A stretch of 64,000 nt of DNA from an uncultured delta proteobacterium (lineage in GTDB: Bacteria > Desulfobacterota > Binatia > DP-6). This document shows positions 1 to 12,848 of the stretch, piece by piece. Position 1 is the first letter of the stretch; each line of letters begins with the position of its first letter. Position numbers and translations under genes: made by a program. The notes below the pieces were generated by a model. That model was given only the letters and a program-made list of their open reading frames with translations, was not told the DNA's origin and ran no database searches. Location: NCBI GenBank assembly GCA_963815115.1, contig CAWFFN010000007.1, positions 1,152,001-1,216,000 on the forward strand, read 5' to 3'.

Positions 1-75
1 CCCCTCGAACGGTCTGAGGCCAGACCTTCGGTCTCACCGACACGTCGCGAGCCGCGTCACGACGCGACGCCCGGG

Positions 76-91
76 TGGCCCCTCCTTTGCT
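76..91 (+). promoter_or_regulatory. Putative sigma-54 (-24/-12) promoter
   Basis: TGGCCCCTCCTTTGCT has GG-N10-GC spacing with TGGC and TTGCT elements, about 22 bp before the ATG at 114. Confidence 0.55.
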
Positions 92-113
92 TCCCGCTAC
101 CCACAGAGTGGAT

Positions 114-410
114 ATGCAATTGGGGAGCAATGAGGACACCGTGCCGCCGTATGCACGAGAAATTCTCGACTATTTCCTCCACAACCAGAAGGCGGCGGTG
201 GATGTAGAGGACATGGCTCGGTGGCGGCTACTCGAGTGGATGGTACGTCACACGCTGGAACAGACAGACGAGGCTCTGCGGTGGCTCGCCGGGAAGGGCT
301 TCCTGATCGAGAGCCGGACTCATCCCCGATCGATCTTCAGCTTCAACGAGGAGCGGGCAACCGACGCCAGGCGCTTTCTCCGTAGTCGCACGGCGCGGAG
401 CCGGCCCTGA
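114..410 (+). CDS. Small putative winged-helix-like protein upstream of the eCIS operon
   Basis: ATG at 114; EILDYFLHNQKAAVDVEDMARWRLLE...EALRWLAGKGFLIE has a helix-helix-helix-beta-hairpin pattern. Confidence 0.6.
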   Translation: MQLGSNEDTVPPYAREILDYFLHNQKAAVDVEDMARWRLLEWMVRHTLEQTDEALRWLAGKGFLIESRTHPRSIFSFNEERATDARRFLRSRTARSRP

Positions 411-571
411 GCCCTCGGTAATCGGCACGCCGCGGACGGACGAGCCGACCAGACCGGCGACCGGCATTGCGGCATGAAGCTGCGCCGACCTCGAGGTGAT
501 GCCGTCCCGGCGGGTGTCGCTCGAGAGGTACCCGATCGGCCGCGGTGCATGCAGCCTTGCCGGGCTGCCGC

Positions 572-589
572 CGACCCGGTACCGGGTCG
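572..589. promoter_or_regulatory. Perfect 18-bp palindrome, candidate activator/operator site
   Basis: CGACCCGGTACCGGGTCG, about 150 bp upstream of the second sigma-54-like motif. Confidence 0.35.
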
Positions 590-739
590 ATTCCAACCCG
601 CCTGTCGCAGGTTTGCCGGCCTCTCCTCGGCGACGACGTCCTCGGCGTCGGGGCGGTGGAGCGTGCGCCAGCCAGCCCCGTCCGGGCGGCGCAGCGACCG
701 GCAGACGTCTGGTTGGCCAAGCGCAGCGGAGGAGTCAGA

Positions 740-755
740 CGGCATGCCACTTGCT
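740..755 (+). promoter_or_regulatory. Putative sigma-54 promoter of the eCIS operon
   Basis: CGGCATGCCACTTGCT closely matches YGGCAYG-N4-TTGCW with exact GG-N10-GC spacing, about 230 bp upstream of the sheath gene. Confidence 0.6.
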
Positions 756-981
756 CCGTTCATCCGTCCACAAGGAGAGCCAGCTGACCCCTCGGAATGC
801 GCAGGTTGCGGCCGTGGCCGCAGAGGCAATCCTCCGGCCCCCCTCCGTAGCCCACGGGACACCGGCGACCTCGCGGAGATCCCCGCTGGGGCCGCTGGAC
901 AGCGACCAAGTGCGAGACGCCACGCGGCCGCATCCGCTCTCCGGGCGAGCAACCACGGGACACGCGATCGACTAGGGAGGA

Positions 982-2790
<1,809 letters not shown>

Positions 2791-2800
2791 GGAGGAGGCC

Positions 2801-3325
2801 ATGGCGCAGTTCACCGTCAATGCACAGCGGTTCGACCCCTACAAGAACTTCAAGTTCCGCCTCAAGTGGGACGGCAAGTACGTTGCCGGCATCAGCAAAG
2901 CCAGCGGGCTGAAACGCACCACCGAAGTGGTCAAGCACCGCGAGGGCGGCGACCCCAGCAGCAGCCGCAAATCACCCGGCCGCACCGAATATGACGCCAT
3001 CACCCTCGATCGCGGAGTGACCCACGACAAGGAGTTCGAGCAATGGGCCAACAAGGTGTGGAACTTTGGCTCGGGACTCGGCGCCGAGGTGGCTCTGAAG
3101 GATTTTCGTAAGGACATCATCCTCGAGGTCTACAACGAGGCCGGGCAGCTCGCGATCGCGTACAAGATCTTCCGCTGTTGGGTATCCGAATTCCAATCGC
3201 TTTCCGATCTCGACGCCAACGCCAACGCGGTAGCCATCCAGCACATCAAGCTCGAGAACGAAGGCTGGGAACGGGATGTGGAGGTTCCGGAGCCGACTGA
3301 GCCGACGTTCACCGAACCGGCTTGA
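2801..3325 (+). CDS. Tail tube protein (T4 gp19-like, Afp1/5)
   Basis: DPYKNFKFRL, REGGDP...RKSPGRT.Y..ITL.RG, RKDIILEVYNEAG; RBS GGAGG. Confidence 0.96.
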   Translation: MAQFTVNAQRFDPYKNFKFRLKWDGKYVAGISKASGLKRTTEVVKHREGGDPSSSRKSPGRTEYDAITLDRGVTHDKEFEQWANKVWNFGSGLGAEVALKDFRKDIILEVYNEAGQLAIAYKIFRCWVSEFQSLSDLDANANAVAIQHIKLENEGWERDVEVPEPTEPTFTEPA

Positions 3326-4065
3326 TGTCCCCCATGCGCGCGCTGACGGCCACAGAGCTGCTGGGCGCCTGGGAACAGGGCGTGCCTCAGTCGGCCGTGG
3401 AGCGGGCGTTGACGTTGCTCATGCTCGCCACCGACCAGGCCCCGGAACGGCCGGCTGAACTCAGCATCGGCCAGCGCGACGCGCAGTTGCTGGCGCTGCG
3501 TGAACGCGCCTTCGGGCCTCGCATGACGGGACTGGCGCAGTGTCCCGCGTGCGGTCTGCAGATGGAGCTGGACTTCACCGTGGACGACGTCCGCGTCACC
3601 CCGCCTTCTGAACCGCTCGATATCGGCAGGCTGTGCATCGGCGACTGCGAGGTGTCATTCCGTCTGCCCAACAGCCAGCACCTGGCGGCGATCATTCCCC
3701 AAGGGGACGTGTCCTCGAGCAAGCGCGCGCTCCTCGAGCGGTGCCTGGTGTCGGTGCGCAGCCAGGGGAAGGACATCCCCGCGCAGGACCTGTCCGAGGA
3801 AGTGGTGACGGCCATTTCCCAGCGGATGGCTGAGGCCGATCCGCAGGCCGACGTGCAGCTGGCGCTGACGTGTCCGCAATGTGGCGACCGCTGGCTCGCG
3901 CCGCTGGACATCGCGGCGTTTCTCTGGAGCGAGATCCATGCGTGGGCGGTACGACTGTTGCGCGAGGTCCACACGCTGGCCTCGATCTACGGCTGGCGCG
4001 AGTCGGAGATTCTCGCTCTGAGCCCGCTGCGACGCCGGGCCTATCTCGAATTGATCGACCGATGA
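3322..4065 (+). CDS. Baseplate hub assembly/tail chaperone-like protein with two CxxC pairs
   Basis: CPACG and CPQCG; C-terminal LLREVHTLASIYGWRESEILALSPLRRRAYL typical of CIS loci; follows the tube gene. Confidence 0.8.
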   Translation: MMSPMRALTATELLGAWEQGVPQSAVERALTLLMLATDQAPERPAELSIGQRDAQLLALRERAFGPRMTGLAQCPACGLQMELDFTVDDVRVTPPSEPLDIGRLCIGDCEVSFRLPNSQHLAAIIPQGDVSSSKRALLERCLVSVRSQGKDIPAQDLSEEVVTAISQRMAEADPQADVQLALTCPQCGDRWLAPLDIAAFLWSEIHAWAVRLLREVHTLASIYGWRESEILALSPLRRRAYLELIDR

Positions 4066-4967
4066 CCGACTATCTCGGCTCTCTGGTGGCGCGCACGCTG
4101 CCCTCCGACACGGGCGTCCGCCCACAGCTGTTGTCGCTGTTCGAACCGTCGCCCGCTCGCATCGGGTTGAACGTCCCGGTCGACCGCGCCCCGGAGACCT
4201 CGGGCGAATCCCTTCCCGTTGCGGCACGTGTCGTGCCGCCTCCGGCGCGTGACCTCGGGCTTTCTCATGTCGATCGCGATGCAGTACGGGATCCGTTGCC
4301 TCCCACACCTCAGGCTGCATCACGGCAGCAGGTCCCGCCGTCCCGCGATCAAGCGGAGGCTCAGCTGCTGCGTGTGCTTCCGCGGACTGGGCCCGCACCG
4401 GACGGCGCCGCCGAGTCGTCGGCGGGGCCCCGGGATCGGGAAGTGGACGCTGTCGGCCCTCTCCCGGCAGGCCGTGCGGATGATGGCGGCAGAGCAGAAG
4501 TCCGGGCTGACCACGGCGTCAGCAGGTTGCCGTTGCGGCCCCCGGCTCCGCTCCAGCCGGCGACGGCCGCCCCGCCGGCACAGTCGACCGCTGCCATCGA
4601 CCGGGTGGTTCCGCCGTCCTCGTCCCCGGGTCCCGTGATGGCGTCGGTCCGCAGGTCGGAGGCCCGAGAAGGCGCGCTGCCTTCGCTACCGGATCACCCC
4701 TCGCTGACCCCGAAGGCCGCCGTTGCCCCGGACGTGCAGCCGGCGCGTCCCGTGATCCGGCCGGTGATACCGGTCACGCAGATGTCTCCCCGGAATCTCC
4801 CGCCGGCGGGCATCGCATCGCCACCTTCGATCCAGGTGACGATCGGCCGCGTCGAGGTGCGGGCCGCGCCGTCTCCGGCTGCCAGGAGCCGGCCCCAGGC
4901 TCCCACGGCACCTGCGGTGACGCTGGAAGACTATCTCCGCCAGCGCGCGACGGGAGGTCCGCGATGA
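4062..4967 (+). CDS. Pro/Ala-rich, mostly disordered eCIS-associated protein
   Basis: ATGA overlap at 4062; ordered ends MTDYLGSLVAR and IQVTIGRVEVRA...TLEDYLRQR flank a low-complexity middle. Confidence 0.75.
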   Translation: MTDYLGSLVARTLPSDTGVRPQLLSLFEPSPARIGLNVPVDRAPETSGESLPVAARVVPPPARDLGLSHVDRDAVRDPLPPTPQAASRQQVPPSRDQAEAQLLRVLPRTGPAPDGAAESSAGPRDREVDAVGPLPAGRADDGGRAEVRADHGVSRLPLRPPAPLQPATAAPPAQSTAAIDRVVPPSSSPGPVMASVRRSEAREGALPSLPDHPSLTPKAAVAPDVQPARPVIRPVIPVTQMSPRNLPPAGIASPPSIQVTIGRVEVRAAPSPAARSRPQAPTAPAVTLEDYLRQRATGGPR

Positions 4968-6162
4968 GCAACGCTCTTGCCATCGCGGCCGTGACCGCCA
5001 CGTTGAGCAATCTGATCGCGAAGAGCGTCCACGATCTGCCCAACCAGAACGTCACGACCAAACCCCTCGACAAGGCGCGCGCGAGCAACACGAATCCGGA
5101 TCAGCTCAACATCTTCCTCTACCAGACGGTGCTCAACGCGGCATGGCGGAACATGGACATGCCCCGACAGGTGAGGCCCGGAGAGACCGGGCAGCCCCCC
5201 CTCGCGTTGAACCTCCACTACCTCATCACCGCCTACGGCCAGGGTGACGACGAGACCCGGAGCCATCGCTGGCTGGGCGGGGCCATGAGCGTGTTGCACG
5301 ACCATCCGGTGCTGGGCGCGCAGGAAATCGAGGACGCGTTGAAGGAGAGCGAGCTGCAGGGGCAGATCGAGCGGTTGCGCATCACGCCGCAGCCCCTGTC
5401 GCTGGACGAGCTGTCGAAGCTCTGGACGGCCTTCCAGACCCAGTATCGCATTTCCGCCGCGTACGAGGTCGAGGTGGTGTTGATCGAGAGCACCCGGCCG
5501 GCGCGCACCCCGTTGCCGGTATTGACGCGTGGAAAGGATGATCGCGGCGCAAGCGCGCAAGCGGATCTGATCCCGCCCTTTCCGACCATTTTGGATGTGC
5601 AGCCGCCGAACAAACAACCCAGCGCGCGGCTGAACGAGCCGGTGACGGTCACGGGTTTTCACCTCGACGGCGACAGCGTCGCAGTGCGCTTGACGACATC
5701 GCGCCTCACGACACCTCGCCTCGAGGCCGCGACCGGTACCGCCGAAGAGGTCGTGTTGACGATCCCCGACGATCCGGCCAATTTGCCGGCCGGCCTCTAC
5801 ACGGTCGCCGTCCGGATACGCAAGGCAGGCCTGCCCGATCGCTTCACCAACGAGTGGCCGCTACAGATTGCGCCGGTCATTGCCGCGATCGCTCCCGCGG
5901 CCGTATCCGCCGGGAACATCACGCTGACGGTCACGTGCCGTCCGCAGATCCGGCCCGAGCAGCGCGTCTCCCTGCTGTTCGGCGACCGAGAAATTCCCGC
6001 GGCCGCGCACACGGCGCAGACCGACGCGCTGACCTTCCCCGTCGCCGGCGTCGAGAAGGGCGAGTATTTCGTTCGGCTGCGCGTGGACGGCGTGGACAGT
6101 GTGCTGGTCGACCGCCAGGCCGAGCCGCCGGGCTTCGATCCGACCCAAAAGGTGACGATCAC

Positions 6163-6166
<4 letters not shown>
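4964..6166 (+). CDS. DUF4255/Pvc16 (Afp16) tail terminator-cap with C-terminal IPT/TIG-like domains
   Basis: MSNALAIAAVTATL, LNIFLYQ..NAAWRN, PPLALNLHYLITAY, ELSKLWTAFQTQYRISAAYEV; C-terminal YFVRLRVDGVDS. Confidence 0.92.
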
Positions 6167-8372
<2,206 letters not shown>

Positions 8373-8376
<4 letters not shown>

Positions 8377-8672
8377 ACATCACGGTCCACATCGAACGCT
8401 TGGTGCTGCACGACCTGCCCGCGACGAGCGCTCGGGGTCCGCTCGTGCAAGCCGGCGTCGAAGCCGAGCTGACGCGCCTGCTCGCCGAGCGCGGGCTGGA
8501 CCCCGGGCCCATCCGCGCCGTCCCCTACCTCTCGGCTGGCATCATCGAGCTGGGCGAGCACGGCAAGCCCGCACAGCTCGGGCAACAAATCGCCCGCGCC
8601 GTTCACGGAGCTCTCACGCCGGCCCCAGCCCTGCCGCGTCGGCCTCCCGCGAGCCGAGGAGCGCGCGGGTGA
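8373..8672 (+). CDS. Small conserved eCIS-associated protein
   Basis: MNITVHIERLVLHDL...VEAELTRLL...LGQQIARAVH; ATGA overlap with the ATPase. Confidence 0.75.
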
Positions 8673-9580
8673 CGGCACGACAGGTCGTGCCGGGCCGGCG
8701 TGTGGCGGCAGTCCCTCCCTCGCTCACCCCCGTGCGCACGGGACTCCCGCAGAAGTGCGCCTGCGGCTTCGGGTCCCGCCCGGGCGGCCAATGCCGGGAG
8801 TGCGGCGAGAAACGGTCGCCGTTACGGCAGCGTGCCGTCGGACCAGCATCGGCATCGACCATGGAGGCACTGCCTGCCTCTCGCCACGCGGTGGGCTCGG
8901 CCGGCCAGGGACGGGACGCGAACCAACGCCGGTTCGTGCCGTCACGCTTCGGATACGATCTCAGCCGCATAGTCGCCCGCCATCATGTGCCGCGAGGCGA
9001 CCCAGCGAAGGCGGTCGGTATCGCGCCCGAGCAAGAGGAAGGCCCGAAGCCTTCACCCAGGAACGGGAGCGCGAGCATTCAATGCGATGGCGCTGGCGGA
9101 TACGAGATCACCTATGGCACGTGGGCAGGCGCGACCTGTGGCACCAAAGGCTGTGTGACCATTCACGAGAGCTCTCACATGGCCGACTGGAAAGGGAAAT
9201 GGCCGACCGGGTGCAAGGGACAACCCAGGGGATACGTGCCCAAGGGTGATCCTCCGGACAACCCGTTGATGACGGTTGCCGAGTACGACGCCTTCCTCAA
9301 GGAGAGCGAATGCAAAGCGCACACGGTCGACCTTGCGTGTGCGGAGGGACTCGCCAAGCCACCCGGGTGCGAGGCCACGGTCGATGACTACGTCAAGCTC
9401 ACGCGAGAGCAAAAGGCGAAATGGTGTCCGACCTCCAGGGCGGCGAAGGTAGCGGCCGGCCTGGCCGGCGGCGCGCTCGCCGGAGCGGGCATCGGGGCGC
9501 TGGCGGGTGGGCCAGCCGGTGCGGCGATCGGTGCCGGCATCGGTGCGCTGGTCGGCGGAATCGCCGGGGCATTTCTCTAG
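8669..9580 (+). CDS. Putative eCIS effector 1: CAC..CxxC leader, vestigial DUF4157 motif, Cys-rich HExxH domain, C-terminal glycine zipper
   Basis: QKCACG...CRECG; RFGYDLSRI; IHESSH...ECKAH; AAGLAGGALAGAGIGALAGGPAGAAIGAGIGALVGGIAG. Confidence 0.75.
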   Translation: MTARQVVPGRRVAAVPPSLTPVRTGLPQKCACGFGSRPGGQCRECGEKRSPLRQRAVGPASASTMEALPASRHAVGSAGQGRDANQRRFVPSRFGYDLSRIVARHHVPRGDPAKAVGIAPEQEEGPKPSPRNGSASIQCDGAGGYEITYGTWAGATCGTKGCVTIHESSHMADWKGKWPTGCKGQPRGYVPKGDPPDNPLMTVAEYDAFLKESECKAHTVDLACAEGLAKPPGCEATVDDYVKLTREQKAKWCPTSRAAKVAAGLAGGALAGAGIGALAGGPAGAAIGAGIGALVGGIAGAFL

Positions 9581-9595
9581 TTTGGTCGACTCACA

Positions 9596-9814
9596 ATGAC
9601 GAAGGAGAAAGCGGTCGGGCTCGCGTCACGGTTCGCGGAGCAGCAAGGATATGATCCCCGCCAATACGACACGACGGCATCCAAAACGGCGGCTGAATGG
9701 ACGATACACTTTCAGCGCAAGAGCACGCTCACAAAACCACGACCAGGAGATTTCTTCACCGTCTACGTGAACGACCACTCGGGGACGGTTGAACGGATCA
9801 CCCATGGGAAATGA
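9596..9814 (+). CDS. Small partner protein, possible immunity/inhibitor (PepSY/NTF2-like alpha-beta pattern)
   Basis: 72 aa, 15 bp after effector 1; helix (KEKAVGLASRFA) then strands WTIHF...FFTVYVNDHSGTV. Confidence 0.55.
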   Translation: MTKEKAVGLASRFAEQQGYDPRQYDTTASKTAAEWTIHFQRKSTLTKPRPGDFFTVYVNDHSGTVERITHGK

Positions 9815-9891
9815 ACTCGACACCCGAACGACCAGGTGCAATCCACGGTGGCCGGCATCGAGCGCGCACCGGCTCAGAAGGGATGTGAACG

Positions 9892-10551
9892 GTGAGTACC
9901 TTTCCGGGCTCTCCTCGCCTGCTCAAGGGCGGCATCGTGCTGATCGATCCGGACAGCAGTGCGGTGCAGCGCATCATCGCGTTGCAGTACAATCCGGACA
10001 CCCTCACCCGCACCTTGCAAGTGAAGGCGTTCACGGGGGATAGCGGCGATCGGTCGGAGGCGTTGCGCATCAAGGGGCCCCCGGTCGAGACCCTCAAGCT
10101 CGACGCGGAGATCGACGCGACCGATCAGTTGGAGTTCCCCGATCAGAACCCGAACGCCACCCAGTTTGGTGTCGCGCCCCAGCTCGCCGCGCTGGAGACG
10201 ATCCTGTACCCGACCAGCAGCCAGCTTCTGGCCAACAACGCACTGGCGCAATCGGGCACGCTGGAAATCGTGCCGATGCAGGCGCCGTTGACGCTCTTCA
10301 TCTGGAGCAAGAATCGCATTCTCCCGGTACGCCTGACGGAATTCAGCATCACCGAGGAAGCGTTTGATCCCGCGCTCAATCCAATTCGCGCCAAGGTCAG
10401 TTTCGGGATGCGCGTTCTCAGCGTTGACGACCTGGGCTTCGAGCACAAAGGCGGGAATCTCTTCATGATCTATCTCCAGGCCAAAGAGCGGCTCGCCTCG
10501 GTCAGCCAGGGAGGGGCCTTCGGTACCCTCGGCATCACGGGCATCCCATGA
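9892..10551 (+). CDS. CIS tube-initiator-like protein (Afp7 N-domain)
   Basis: LQYNPDTLTRTL, PLTLFIWSKNRILPVRLTEFSITEEAFDPALNPIRAKV. Confidence 0.85.
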   Translation: MSTFPGSPRLLKGGIVLIDPDSSAVQRIIALQYNPDTLTRTLQVKAFTGDSGDRSEALRIKGPPVETLKLDAEIDATDQLEFPDQNPNATQFGVAPQLAALETILYPTSSQLLANNALAQSGTLEIVPMQAPLTLFIWSKNRILPVRLTEFSITEEAFDPALNPIRAKVSFGMRVLSVDDLGFEHKGGNLFMIYLQAKERLASVSQGGAFGTLGITGIP

Positions 10552-10868
10552 GCGCGAACACCCTTCCACCGGCAAGCCGCTACTACAACGTGGAGACCGC
10601 GACGCTCGAAACCACAGGCGCCAAGACCGTCATCTACCTGCGCCGTCGCTTCGTGCCGGCGCCCGATCGCTTTGTCCTGTTGCAGGAACACATCGTCACA
10701 CAGGGCGACCGATTGGACAACATCACCGCCACGTATCTCGGTGACCCGGAACAGTTCTGGCGCGTGTGCGACGCCAATGCGGCGATGCGACCCGAGGAGC
10801 TGACGGATACCGTTGGCCGCCGATTGCGCATCACGCTGCCCGAAGGGATTCCCGGCCAGACCTCATGA
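10548..10868 (+). CDS. LysM-domain baseplate protein (gp53/P2 X-like)
   Basis: HIVTQGDRLDNITATYLGDPEQFWRVCDAN. Confidence 0.9.
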   Translation: MSANTLPPASRYYNVETATLETTGAKTVIYLRRRFVPAPDRFVLLQEHIVTQGDRLDNITATYLGDPEQFWRVCDANAAMRPEELTDTVGRRLRITLPEGIPGQTS

Positions 10869-11989
10869 ATGCGGCCTTCCATCTCACCCTGCTCGTCGGA
10901 CCGGTCGTTCCGGTGCCGGCGCCGCAGGTCGTGCTCGACGCGTTGACCGGCGTGCAGGTCACCAGCAACACCGACGGGCCGAGCGGCTTTCAGCTCACCT
11001 TCACGCTGAGCAACAAGTCGCCCTTGCAGACGATCTTCCTGGTGGCGGCGGGCCAGACCCCGATGCTCCGGGTGATCATCATCATGACGCTCAATGGCGC
11101 GCCGCAGGTGCTCATGGACGGCGTCATGACGCGCAACGACATCTCACCGGGGAGTCAACCTGGCGAGTCGACCCTGACGGTCACCGGCGAGGATCTGACC
11201 AAGGCCATGGACCTGATCGACTTCACCGGGATTCCGTACCCGGCGATGCCGGTCGAGGCTCGTGTGGCGCTCATCGTCGCCAAGTATGCCGTCTTCGGCA
11301 TGGTCCCGCTGGTCGTCCCGACGTTGTTTCCCGACGTCCCGATTCCCATCGAACGCTACCCGACGCACAAAGGCACCGATCTCAAGTATCTTCGTCAGCT
11401 TGCGGCGGAGGCCGGCTACGTCTTCTACGTCGACCCGGGGCCGGCACCTGGAGTGAACATCGCCTACTGGGGACCCGAGATCAAGGTCGGCGTACCACAG
11501 CCCGCCCTGAATCTCGATATGGACGCGCACACCAACGTCCAGTCGCTGACGTTCAACTTCAACACCGCGAATACCACGTTGCCGATCGTCTACATTCAGA
11601 ATCAGCTGACCAAGGTGCCGATTCCGATTCCCATTCCGAATGTGAATCCGTTGCAGCCGCCGTTGGGTGTGATCCCCGCACCGATCACCAACGTGACGGT
11701 GCTGCGCGAGACGGCGAAGCTGTCGCCCATGGCCGCCGTCATGCGCGGCTTGGCGGAGGCGTCGCGCTCCGCTGACGCGGTCTCCGGCTCGGGCACTCTC
11801 GATGTCGTCCGCTATGGCCGGATGCTGAAGGCGCGGAGCTTGGTGGGCGTCCGGGGCGTCGGCATGGCGTACGACGGTCTCTACTTCGTGAAGAGCGTGA
11901 CCAGCACGATCAAGCGCGGCGAGTTCAAGCAAAACTTCAACCTGACGCGCAACGGCCTGGTGTCGATCACACCTGCGGTGCCCGCATGA
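10865..11989 (+). CDS. Baseplate hub protein (gp27/late control D-like, VgrG N-part)
   Basis: Position between LysM and gp5 genes; TDLKYLRQLAAEAGYVFYV, GLYFVKSVTSTI; ATGA-coupled. Confidence 0.8.
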   Translation: MNAAFHLTLLVGPVVPVPAPQVVLDALTGVQVTSNTDGPSGFQLTFTLSNKSPLQTIFLVAAGQTPMLRVIIIMTLNGAPQVLMDGVMTRNDISPGSQPGESTLTVTGEDLTKAMDLIDFTGIPYPAMPVEARVALIVAKYAVFGMVPLVVPTLFPDVPIPIERYPTHKGTDLKYLRQLAAEAGYVFYVDPGPAPGVNIAYWGPEIKVGVPQPALNLDMDAHTNVQSLTFNFNTANTTLPIVYIQNQLTKVPIPIPIPNVNPLQPPLGVIPAPITNVTVLRETAKLSPMAAVMRGLAEASRSADAVSGSGTLDVVRYGRMLKARSLVGVRGVGMAYDGLYFVKSVTSTIKRGEFKQNFNLTRNGLVSITPAVPA

Positions 11990-12498
11990 CAGAGAAGCAC
12001 TACGGCAAGTACCGCGGCATGGTGCTCAACAACGTCGACCCGATGCAGATAGGCCGCCTGCAGGTCCAGGTGCCGGACGTTGCCGGGCTCATCCCGTCGT
12101 CGTGGGCAATGCCGTGCTTCCCGGTGACCGGCAAACAGATGGGCATGTGGTCGATTCCGCAGATCGGCACGGGGGTGTGGGTCGAGTTCGAGCAGGGCGA
12201 TGCCGACTATCCCATCTGGAGCGGCTGCTGGTTTGGCTCGGCAGCAGAAGTCCCCGCCATCGCCATGCTGACGCAGCCGCCCCTGTCGAGCTTCGTCCTG
12301 CAGACGGCGACGCAACACGTGCTCCAGCTGAGCGACCTGCCCGGCCCGACCGGCGGCATCCTCCTGAAGACGCCCCTCGGGGCATTCATCTCCATCAACG
12401 ACACGACCGGGATCACGATCTCCGATGGCAAGGGCGGAATGATCAACATGATCGGCGGTGTCGTCACCGTCAACCAGGGCGCGCTCTTGATCAAGTAG
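11986..12498 (+). CDS. Spike protein, gp5/gpV OB-fold (VgrG C-part)
   Basis: YGKYRGMV..NVDP...GRLQVQVP, WAMPC.P, PQIGTGVWVEFEQGD..YPIWSG. Confidence 0.92.
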   Translation: MTEKHYGKYRGMVLNNVDPMQIGRLQVQVPDVAGLIPSSWAMPCFPVTGKQMGMWSIPQIGTGVWVEFEQGDADYPIWSGCWFGSAAEVPAIAMLTQPPLSSFVLQTATQHVLQLSDLPGPTGGILLKTPLGAFISINDTTGITISDGKGGMINMIGGVVTVNQGALLIK

Positions 12499-12517
12499 CG
12501 GCGAGGCGGGACCAGGA

Positions 12518-12841
12518 ATGCCGGGATTCCTACTGCATGTCGGTGCGCAGGTGCAGTGCGCACATGCCGGTCAGGCGCAACCGACCGTCCCGAACCCGCG
12601 CGTGCTGGTCAGCGGGCAGCCCACCGTGACCATCACCGGGCCCTACGTCGTCGCGGGATGCACGCTGCCGCCGCCGCCGGCTGCCAATGGCCCCTGCGTC
12701 ACCGCACAGTGGATGACCGGCGCCACGCGCGTCCTGTCCAACGGCCAGCCGCTGTTGCTGCTGGACAGCCAGGCCCTGTGCGCTCCGACCGGCACCCCTT
12801 TGCTCATCGTGGTGACCCAGACGCGCGTCACCGGCATGTGA
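12518..12841 (+). CDS. PAAR-like (DUF4280-type) spike tip
   Basis: LHVGAQVQCAHAG, RVLVSGQP, GCT..PC, W..GATRVL.NGQPLL. Confidence 0.85.
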   Translation: MPGFLLHVGAQVQCAHAGQAQPTVPNPRVLVSGQPTVTITGPYVVAGCTLPPPPAANGPCVTAQWMTGATRVLSNGQPLLLLDSQALCAPTGTPLLIVVTQTRVTGM

Positions 12842-12848
12842 GGCTCCG

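Noticed and set aside
411-981. ORFs in the eCIS upstream region
   Set aside because: Low-complexity translations in all frames; better explained as a regulatory region
5854-6162. Upstream extensions of ORF calls (ATPase from 5854, DUF6519 from 21284, effector 2 from 24365)
   Set aside because: They overlap upstream genes or look non-coding; the ATG starts at 6163, 21608 and 24509 are more plausible
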